From NCBI RefSeq assembly GCF_037042905.1, contig NC_087251.1:16184001-16248000 (forward strand): a stretch of 64,000 nt of DNA. Direction: 5' to 3'. Made by a program: the position numbers and the translations under genes. Positions 37,901 through 49,900 of this stretch are shown here, piece after piece; within the stretch, counting starts at the first letter, position 1, and each line of letters starts with the position of its first letter. The notes beneath the pieces were generated by a model. That model saw only the letters and a program-made list of their open reading frames with translations, was not told where the DNA came from and did no database searches. The DNA is from Lytechinus pictus. Its lineage: Eukaryota.

Positions 37901-40900
37901 ACTAAAATAGGCAATCATGAAACTGAAATTTTATTTTTGATTTGTTCCTATGAGAACAAAATTTCTCTTTAAATTAGATTCCACTTTACATGATGAAATC
38001 CACACATATACATGAATGTTTATTTAGTTTCCTCTTTAATTTTTTTTTCAAGCTGACATTGTGTAAAACAAACCATTAATTAAACAATATTCATATGAAA
38101 GTTACCATTTATTAGTATTTAATTCACTGATAATCCTTAATCATTAATAAACCCTCCTTAACATAATATATATATTTATAAATGACACTGTTTAAAATTA
38201 GTTTGTTAAAAATATCTTTGTGAGCTATCACTACTCTCCACTCAGCTCATTTGACTTTAACAATTTTTTTATTGCTTAATTGAATATGATTTAAGTATTT
38301 CAAGACGAAGCAAGATACTTAAAGGTAAAAGAAAGTAATTGCAGCAAACAATTATTTCACGATAAAGCTTTTAAGACCAATCAATAATTACCACAATATT
38401 ATCATAGATCTAGATCTGGTACACTGAAATCAACTCATCTTTGTGAAATCATGAAATCTTAGCTGAAAACTGATAATTCTGATAACTGACATAAAAAGAA
38501 TATGTTGGGCAGTGTATTAATATTGCTTGGAAAAATACATGACATTTTAAGGAATTCTGTGGTTATTTTGCTCATTTCTCAGCAATTACACATTTTTTTC
38601 AAGAGCCAATTAGCAAATATTCTTTATTTATACATGCAAACACTTGGGGTCATTTTATTGGATTCTGTTCGAACTCACTTTCAGGTCTTAAAACAACTGG
38701 TATTCATCTTTGAAGAGATCTGAAAGTGAAGATAAAACATCCAACATTATTTACAAGGGGCTTAAAGTTTTCTCTACATGTTGATTTTTTTTCTCATTTA
38801 TGATCCTTAAACATCACCCCCAAAAGAGAAACCATTAAATTGACTACATAAATGGAAAGAAATGAGGAAAAAATTAGTGTATGGTTGAATATTCAAGATG
38901 AATTCTGTGATACTTGATTAATTCTTTCCAGAAGCAAAAAAGAAAAAAAATATCAGTAAAATTGGAATAATAAACATTTCTTGGTACTCATGTGTAAACG
39001 CATTCTGGACATGTACGAGTGCACACAGATTCCAAGTAAAGTAATCCTGTTGCAAGCCAGTCTAGTTTATAATAATAATAATATTCCGCATTTATATAGC
39101 GCTTAACACATCGGAACGACGTCTCTAAGCGCTTTACAGATATATTATTACCCCGGTCATCGGATCCTTGCATGCCCGCATACAATGTATGCACCTTCTC
39201 CACTCCCTGGGGAGCATTCCAACAAGTGTTCCAAGACTCAATTGCTAGGCATACTACATAGGCTTTCGCATCCTACCGGGTACCCATTTAACACCTGGGT
39301 GGAGAGTGGCAAATTGTGGATTGACGCCTTGCCAAAGGACGCTAGGCCATGGTGGGATTCGAACACACGACCCTCTGATTACAAGGCGAGAGTCAGAACT
39401 GCTACACCACGGCGCTTTCGTTTATAGAGTTGTATTTAATTGAAAGCAATTGCAATTGAAGGAACTGAGGTAATCTTTAAGAAGAGATATCACAATTTTA
39501 CATGTGATGAAACTTTAATATTTCATTTTGAAAATGTATGGCTTCTATTTCCTAATACTTTCAAAACTGCCTTGTTGTATATACATGTACATGGGAAGTT
39601 CAACTTGACATAAAGTTGGTTTATAAATAATACAGTAATAAAAAAAAAATTTGAGAGAAAGAAATCAATGAAGAATCACAGACTTTTAGAGTTAGATTTG
39701 TGACACCATAAAATGCCACTTTCTTGCCAAAAAAAAATTATTTCACCTGTGTATTCATCACTATTAATCATCAGACACATCTGAAACCATTAAAAAATTC
39801 TAATTTATGAAATGAATATCATATGACATTATGAAATAGAAACATTAGAAATTCATAGCTTTGTTATTCTTTTGATAGATTTCCATCAAACCCTAATTCA
39901 TACATGTGTGTTTCTCTAAATTTTCTGCTTTTTTTAAAACCAACTTACTGTCAGGGTGGACTTCTTTTTAAGCATACAGTGCCGACATGACAAAGGGACT
40001 ATAATTTAAATTGACCATTACGCCAATGAGAAACAGACATGTGGTGGTGAAAACGTATCGCATTTGAGAGGATAAAGTATTGGAAATATCAATCGACTTA
40101 GCATAGACTATAATAAGATTCGCAAACAATTTAGCATGAAACAATGGCAATCAAATGAAAAACATAAGCACCTAAAGGGAAGTTCCTTTTTAGCGATGAT
40201 TATCCTGCATGAAATTAAAATATTTGGTTACTTTTGGTATCATATGAAAGCACAATAAACTTCCTATATAACTTTTCCCACGTTTGTGTACCGGTATTGA
40301 AATTACCTCGGGCATTGAAAAATCAAGAAATTTTTAAGATTTGGCATAAATTTGAAACAAGAAAATCTGCAACGTACTATAAATTGCATAAGAAAATGGC
40401 ATACTTGTGTATTTTAACTAGCCTACTCATCACCATATGTCAGGATTTATGTTTACTTGCTGAGGGTCCTGTGATACAGGATCTATCTATCTATCTATTG
40501 ACATTGTGTTTATCCAAATAATGTTGAGAAAAAAGTCAGAAATGGTAAAAGGACCTAAAATATACTTCTGAATAAGCAACACAGTTGTCGAAGCTATTGA
40601 TGATGGTAAGAGACCTGGGCCCCATCTTACAAAGTTACGATTGATCCAATCAAAGTAACTCTAAGGAAATCCATTAGTGTCATAATTTTTCTACAGGAAA
40701 TTTGCAAAATGTCCTTTGTAAACAAAGGAGAACACACCAAATTGTCAAGAAATCAATGAATTTATGGATATACATTCATATCTAGAATTTCTTTTAAACG
40801 AACATGCATTTTATATGTTGACTTTACTGGCTTTCCATAGTTGCGATTGATTGGATCAATCGCAACTCTTTGTAAGACGGGGCCCTGGATTTAGTCCTTT

Positions 40901-43900
40901 GAGTGGCAACAAAGAGAAACAACAAACTTAGTTCCATTGGAACACACATACTTACTGAAATGAAGGAACAACCATTCGAAATGTCTACAGTATTACTAAA
41001 TTTATCTATGAAATCTTAAGGTATGTTCAGTTTATGATGTAGTGAATCTTTTCAACAAACACTGCTATCTATCTGCTTTTTTTTTTTTGGTATGCATATT
41101 TTAGTTGGATATTAGGTCATATGGAACAATCCAAATTCCCCCTTTAAAAAAACCGCACTACAAAAAACAAACAATATAAATATAACACTGAAACAAGAGC
41201 AAAAACTCAAAGCCATGGACAAATAAAATTCTTAGAAAGTTACTTAGATTTAGAACATTGTAAGCATACCTATTCAGCTTTTGGCATTACATATACTTGC
41301 AAAACTTTTCAAAAACCTCAATATCAGTGGCAAAGTTGAATTCAATATCTAAACAAAAGTTGAGGCTCAAATGCGCAAAGGACCAAATTCACAACATTGC
41401 CCTCCTGGACCATGTCGCATCTACAAGTATAGCAACTTTACCATCCAGTGTGTTGGATCAGTTGGTAGAGCGTTCGACTCACAACCAGGAGGTTGCGAGT
41501 TCAAGCCCAGGCCGTGTCAGATCAAAAGATGGAGTTGCCGCTACCATGTTTTGTGTTCAACAATTCAAGGGATAGAGCTACGTCCATCTGACGCTGCACA
41601 GTGACTGCCAAAGCCCACAATCAATTTGGCAAATAGAATTTTCTGAGTTATTCTATTTTAGATTTCATTTCAAACAATGAATATGGATTTTTTCCGTTTT
41701 ACATATGTATCCTTGCTTTTAACTGTCATAGTACATGTAGTTGCCATTGGAAGGTAACATTACCATAATACTAACTTTTGTGCAAATACCACCCTGGATT
41801 GAAGCCAATACTATTTGTGTTTTGGTTTGAAGCACTGTGCCATCTCTAAACTTTTTGCCAGTTAGTGTCAGAACACGGTAAATGCAACATCTAGGCCACA
41901 ACCAACCCAACAACTAATTGATACAATACACAGGGGAAAAAATCAAACAAGCATAAGAATGGAAAATTCATCCAAATCTGTAATGAATTAAAAACAAGTT
42001 ATGATTTTTAAAGTATTTTATTAGTTTACTTTTATTTCATATGTAATTTTTTTGTTTTTCACATTTCTTTTTTGTTGTATTTAACATCTAAAAATATCAG
42101 CAACATAATTTTTTATTCCATGCTGTGACAACAAAATAATCATACTATGAATTGGGTTTGAGACACATATATTGGATTTGTAAATAAAATTTTGCACAAT
42201 TTTGGTCAAGTGCAAAATGTTCAAGTACAAACCAATCATATAATCATAAAATACTACGTTCATTGACAATAAATGGCATTTGACCTTGATCATCCGACCT
42301 AAGACTTGTCAGTGATACTTGATTACCTCTATATCCACATTTTATATACTACATCTATAAACTTTGAAAGTTATGACAGCAATCTAATAATTAACTCCAA
42401 AATGGCCATAGTTCATTGACCTTAACTGACCTTTGACTTTGGTCATGTGACCTGAAACTCGCATGAGATGTTCAGTGACACTTATTACTCTTATGTCCAA
42501 GTTTTATGAACTACATGTAGATCCATACACTTTCGGAGTTATGATGGTTATTCAAGAATTTCCCCCAACATGGCCAAAGTTCATTGACCTTTGACCTTGG
42601 TTATGTGACCTGAAACTCGCACAGGAGGTTCAGTGATACTTGACTACTCTTATGACCAAGTTTTATGAACTAGATCCATACACTTTCGAAGTTATGATGG
42701 TAATTCAACTAATACCCCAAACATGGCCAAAGTTCATTGACCTTAACTGACCTTTGACCTTGGTCATGTGACCTGAAACTCGCACAAGATGTTCAGTGAT
42801 ACTTGATTACTTTTATGTCCAAGTTTTATGAATCAGATCCATAAACTTTTAAAGTTATGATGGTAATTAAACAAATACCCCAAACTTGGTAAAAGTTCAT
42901 TTACCCTAAATGACCTTTGACCTTGGTCATGTGACTTGAAACTCAACCAGGATGTTAAATAATACTTTATCACCCTTATGGCCAAGTTTCATGAACTAGA
43001 TCCATTTACTTTTGAATTTATGATGACATTTCAAAAACTTAACCTTAGGTTAAGATTTTGATGTTGATTCCCCCAATATGGTCTAAGTTTATTGACCCTA
43101 CATGACCTTTGACCTTGGACAAATGACCTCAAACTCAGGCAGGATGTTCAGTAATACTTGAATAACCTTATGTCCAATTTTCATGAACTAAGTCCATATA
43201 CTATCTAAGTTATGCTGTCATTTCAAAAACTTAACCTTCGGTTAAGATTTGGTGTTGACGCCGCTGCCGCCGTCGGAAAAGCGGCGCCTACATGTACATG
43301 TATAGTCTCACGCTGCTATGCAGGTGAGACAACAAAACGATTCCGCAATATATAGCCCCATAGCATATTACATAGATCTCCTGAATAAAGACATGCCCAA
43401 TCAATAAACCTATTACTCCTTTGAAAGCAATACCATAAACATGCCTACTTGCAATTTAAATGTTTAATGAATGAGGAAAGCTAACCTTCACTTGATATCC
43501 ATATATTTTTAATGATCTTTTACAACTTACTTATTTTGTTTTTATTGTTCCTCTTTATTTTACCACTTCCTCATTATCTTATGTATACTTATTTCTTGCC
43601 TTTTACATACATATTTCTTAACTCAGTATTTACAATTGTCACTGCTTTTAATGTTTGAAATATGTATCAATTGTTTGTACTTTGCATGCATGACCAATTC
43701 AGCAATTTGGCTGCGACTCTTGTTTTTTACTAAACCTTGAATTGAACCACATACCCAGGAATCGCAAATTCGGTCTCAAAAGTTGTGCAAGACTTTTGGA
43801 AATGTTGTATTGCACAATACTTTGAAAGGGGGGATAAATATTAAAAGCGACTTATGATTGAATCCTACCTTGCCCACCATATCCTTGCCTCTGGTTGTAT

Positions 43901-46900
43901 CCTCCTCCTCCTCCTCCTGATTGCTGCATTAGGGGTGGGGCACCCAAGAGAGACTGATCATTCCTTCCTTGGTCTGAACCATGGTGTCTGCAAAAGCAAC
44001 AATTAAAATTGAATTTTAAAAACCAAATCATATAGTTTGAACAACTAAAATTATATATTTTTAATTGAGTCAATGAAATGAAAAAATACATATATAATAT
44101 ACCTGGAGAAAGATATACATAAACATTATACATACACTTTATACAATGAATATTTTCTATTTTTCTTAAACTTCAACACATCATTAGCAGGCAATACACG
44201 TATACATACAAATAAACACCACATGAAAAATACATTGGTAGGTTCAAGGCAAAAAAAGGACATGAAATCCAGTATGAAAACATTTCAAAGTATTATTGAA
44301 ATGATTATCTGATCGTATACTCTGGATCCACATGTTGTGTGCACCATACATGTATTTACTGTGACAGAGTTAATATATTCTTAACCTGTGTAACACGCAC
44401 AAGCTTTTAAATATGAAATCAAAGAAGTTTAAACTATGGCTATGCTAAAATGCAATGTCTATTTATATTAAAGAAAATGAGAATAAACCATTTCATCTGG
44501 ATATTTGGTGTAAATAAAGTATGTAAAATTGGTACAATAGCAAATCTTTATCTTGACTGTTTACTGAAGAATAGACACATTATTTCAACTGGATATTTGT
44601 TGAAAATGAAGTATGTAAAAGTGGTACTATAGCACTATGCTGCTTGACCGTTTATTTGAGAAAAGATGCATTCATGATGTTCATCTGGATGTTTGTTACA
44701 AATGAACTGTGGCAAATCTTTATCTTGATGATTTTCAACTGGACTTTCAACTAGATATTTGTTGCAAATTAAGTAAGTAAAATTTGGGACTATAACAGAT
44801 CTTTATCTTCACTGTTTATTGGAAAAAATACATTAACTAAATCATCTGGATCTTTGGTGCAACTGAAGGTGATAACATTTGTACTAGAGGCTGGTGCACA
44901 TCCATTTCTTTATTATCAATCGAAGACACATTAATAATTCACACAGAAATGAAAAATGAGGGAGGAAAAAAATGATAAGAAGTGTTGTGCAGATATTTCT
45001 GTTGAACAGTTGATTATCTCTCCTCATCTGGTAACTGAAAAACTGATTAAAATGACCTCAGACTTCTTTGAACTGTTCTTTTGAGTGTTTAGTACTTCCA
45101 AAGGTAATGCTAAAGGATACTCCTAAGAAGGACAAATACATCAGTCAAATCTTAATCAATACACAAGTACAGATATACACTGAGCATCACAGCAGGATAA
45201 CTATGACCCATTTCGGTCAAAATGCAAGTGAATAGATGGAAAGAACAAAACAGAAATACATGAATTACTGATTAAATACATAATTATTTCATGCCTCTGG
45301 AAAATATTTTAATGGGGACTTGGTGAATGGATGCTGGTGACAATACTATCTGAAAAGAAAAATAAATGGGAAAATTCCAACATAATTGCAGGAACAGCAC
45401 AATTCTCTGGAAATCAACCTCACCTCACTTTGGCTAAAGTATTCCAAAATTAGTAATATAAAAATATTTGTTAATCCTAACATGTAAAGATGAATTCTGA
45501 CCAAGAGATTTATATCTCAGAAAAAACTGTCTCAAGTTGACTGTAAAATAGTAGTAATTACAAAGAATTTGTTTAGGATGCAAGTCTTTGGAATCACCAA
45601 AATGATCAGCTATCAACTGTAATTTTTGCAGGTAATGTGCACTGGACATAGATATACATGTCATATATGGGACTACACTCAAATTTTCAGCCCATGCATT
45701 TCAGCTGCTTTGGAGTCAACTTTTGAATGTTAAGGCATCTGAAGGGCAATCCTTAGTAGAGGATCTTATTATAATAATATTCTTCTTAAACTCAAACTTA
45801 TTGTTTTCACAAAAGGAGTTTCCTTTTAAATTTCTACAATATGTTTGTCTTCTCCATTCAGTACTCTTAACTGACCTTACCATAATCTGCAACTAACTGG
45901 AAAAAATAGCCCCATGAACAGCAGCAACAAATACAATCACTACCAATACAGACACCCTGTCTTATTGTAATTAAGTGTGTACACTCGATTAGTGTTCAAT
46001 CTGTATGTATGTGAATATTTCCATAAGAGGAGATATACATCTATCCTAAAATAAACAGAGCTATTCAATACATAACAAGCATTTTGTCAAAACAACAACT
46101 ACCAGTATTGCATATCATTTTATTATTGAAAAGACAGAAAAATACTAACTCTCTCATTAAATACTTTTCTAACCAAGTAATAGCAAAACTGAAGCATCTC
46201 AGTTTTTATATATAACACTATTTTCCCAACAAGATAAATCCCCCTATCCAACCCAGCCAACTCTTATAATACCATCAAACTTTATTGACCCCCCCCCCTC
46301 CTCTTTTTTCTCTCTATTCATCTCCTTCTCCAACCCTGATTACATGACCTAACCATACACCCAGACGATGTCTCCATAGTACCTACTTGGTATTCTCTCT
46401 TCTCCAACCCCAACCACATTACCCCTTACCATACCCCCAGACTACCTTGAAAGACTTGCTTGGGGCTGGCTAAGGCATGCTGGCATGGCATGATTGCTAG
46501 GGAGGTAGTGGGACTGACTGGAACAAGGCGGGGCACCTTGCTGAAACAGGGGGAGGGACGACTTGTATTGGTCCACAGGTGCACCTTGGGTGCCTTTTAT
46601 AAGCTGTTGTTTCCATTGGTTGAAGAGCTGGGTTGCACCGAAATATTCCTGGACATCTTGGTCCCTGGAATGAAGGAACAGGGTTTCAGGAAAGACATAG
46701 GGAAGGGGAGAATATATATATGTACGTGGTCAAAATACATCTAAAGGATTAATGATCTATCAATGGCAAACTATATATTTATAAGACTTTATTTTAATGC
46801 AGACATTTTATATTCATTTTGATTAGTGAAAAAAAAAATTATAGTATGTTTTGCAACAGGGACAGATTCCAGTCCCTAAATTTTCTTGCTTTATACATGC

Positions 46901-49900
46901 TGTATCTATTACTGAGAGCATAGTGAAAAGAAATGGTCGCTCAGCAAATATATCAATATAACACAAATTTTGGATTCAATATTGTTAATCATTGTCTCAT
47001 GTCACTGCTGTTTGCTTAAATATATTTTACCAATCAATCTAATTAGCTTCCAAAATTGCTGGGATATACTTTACCACTGTGCTAAAATACAAAATGACTT
47101 GAATGCTGTATTATTTATAAACTATATAAAGGTTATATTCACCAAGATAGAAAAATAAAATTTTGGAAGTATATATCACGTTAAATACACCTAACAAAAA
47201 ATACAGACCTACAATGGAGAAGATAGAATTATATAAAACAAAGTATCAGAACAATGTTGTGATGATGATGAAGATAATGATGGTGGTGGTAGTGGTAAAA
47301 GAAATGTACATGCAAGCTAATGTACGTTTGTTTGAATGATGTATAAAAAATGAGAAAATACATGAAATCTTGTAACAAAAGAAGAAACATATATATTATA
47401 TGTGTAAATGTTAGAATAATGAAAACATTTTTAAAATTATGTACAATATCTGAAACAAATTCATGTAAAAGATAAAATAACCTGAAATATAAAAGGAAAA
47501 CATGAATATTGAACACCAAAACATGATGCAATGCCATGAATATAACTCACAAAAATGATGATCAGTAAAAACACAAAGCGGTGAATAAACACACACAAAA
47601 TAATATTTTAAGAATTGAAAAAAAATAATGTTCTGCTGTAATTACATCTGAAATAGAAAAGTGAAAAATTGTATCATGTATCAAATGAATAACAAGAGGC
47701 AAATGCCATCTCAAATACACAGAATATTCAAGTATTTGCAATTGACATTTCAATAGAGTTTGAATTGTAATTAGAATGAAGACATTTTACAGAATAGTAC
47801 TGTAATTTATGAACTTGCAAATCACAAAACAACATGGAAAAAAAGAGAATGAACATGTAACAAGCACATACATGCATCTTTGAAGGTATCTAAAAAAAAA
47901 AAACATAAAAAAAAACTCATAACTCACCAAAAATACTCATAACTCACCAAATATAATAGAAACTTTTGAAATATTAATAAATACCAGATACAAGTAATCT
48001 AAAAATTCAGTATATAAGCATGTAGTTCTTTCATTTAAATTTTTTTTTTTAATGACAATGATATAAAAGTCACAATTTTACTATACCAATTAAAAAGTAA
48101 CATGCAAAAGGCATTCTCACAAAGATATTCTTGAGTTTAGCACAACCTTATGATTGACTGGAAAATGGCAAGGAAATTATTTTTCTTGATTGCACAAGCT
48201 GATGTTCAAATGAGCAGATATTCCTGAGAAAGTCATTTGAGCTTTACTGAGAAAGTCATTTGAGCTTTACAAACAGCTTAAATATGAAAAATATCAGGTC
48301 TGTAAAATAAACCCTGGTCAAAACTATCATCAAAGTATCAGAAATTTTTATAAGAATTAAGCGTATCTTGGTGAAATCAGCTATTATATTACTTGAAATA
48401 AAATGTATTGAATGTCCAAACAATTTTTTTCAAATGACAAAGCAATTTCCAGAAGAAAATGCAACAACAGCTCAAGATTTCATTATCATTTGCACTTTTA
48501 TTTTGATTGTGGAAATTCAATAAATTCCAATTTAATTCAATTTTGTAAAAAAGTAAAGATGAGATTGAAGATTTAATTTTGATGCCTGTGTTTTAGAAGG
48601 ATGCCAAGGAATGATTCAATGATCCCGTCACATACTGTTATTAAACGATATTATCAGAGAAACCAATGCATATATTTATTTCAAATTGTTTAATTGTTCA
48701 TCAGATGGTTTATAGATGCATATCCAAGTTGACAGGCATCCTTATCGACTCGAATCTCGGACATGTTGAAATGGAATTTGCAACGGTAAAACACATCCTG
48801 ATGAAATTGCTAGACAGAGGCAGACATTACCATCAGATGGTAGCATGTACGTGACAGAGCCTTGAACTGTCAGGGATGTACAGATTTTGAAATGTGGAAG
48901 TTATAAAGATATCTATGATTTCATACAGGTACCATCATTTAGTTCATTGACACCCTTGATCAATCATTTGATGCTGTAAGGAATTATTTCTATGTATACT
49001 TAGAAATAAGACAATTGAAAAATATCTCAAGATGTTAATCTTTTTTCATATATCAGGTAATTTATTGTTTGCTTCAGGTGTTTGCAAATTATTTGACTGA
49101 TAGATATGTCTTTTTTTAACCATATTCCAGTACTTGTCATAGTTTATACTTTTTGTTGTTACAATATATTAATGTTATTATACTAACAATAGGACCACAT
49201 TTGAAATAAGCCTTGTGGCTTTCATGGGCTATCCTGTCAATGTATTCTTCAAATTAATTGTAATCACCTGTGATATTCTTTATGAATAAAATCATTCAAT
49301 CACATAAGGATATAAATCCAATCAGCCTACATCTTTTCCTAATGTAAAAAACACTAACAATCAAATTATATTTCAATGAAAAGGAGTATGGTTTACTTGA
49401 AACAGGAAGCAAATACATGTATGGAGGGGAATTTTCAAGCACGCAACTCATTCTTTTTATTTTCTGGGGTTACTCTTTACAACTTATTGCCCAAATCGGC
49501 AACAATACATAAGCTTTAACATTTTAATGAATGGGAATTTTCCAGGGCTCCTTTTTTTTAAAGTTTCCATGGCTCTTTTGAGCATTTCGAAGGGAAAGTC
49601 GGCCACCCCCCCCCCCAGCCACCGTATATTTTTTCCCGTTTTCAAATTTACTTACTACACTCTATTAAAATGGAATATGTCAAAATAATGAGAAAAACTC
49701 ATGAAGTTAGTATAAAATGAAAAATGTTTGGATGATCAACTTTGAAAAATTGAAAGAACAGTTACATCAGTTAAACGGTTACCTTGCTGGAAAATAACCA
49801 GTGTCAACACCATGCCTTAGGGATAATGAGAGGGGAGAAGAAAAGCATGCAAAACAATAAGTTCTTGTACATCATGCAGATGTAGTAGGCACGCATATTT

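Noticed and set aside
41445..41520. Functional tRNA-Val gene
   Set aside because: Acceptor stem does not pair and no Pol III terminator follows directly; treated as a SINE head or pseudogene
41719..41913. 64-aa minus-strand ORF as another alternative exon
   Set aside because: Its acceptor enters the ORF in phase 2 but the upstream donor is phase 1; poor pyrimidine tract
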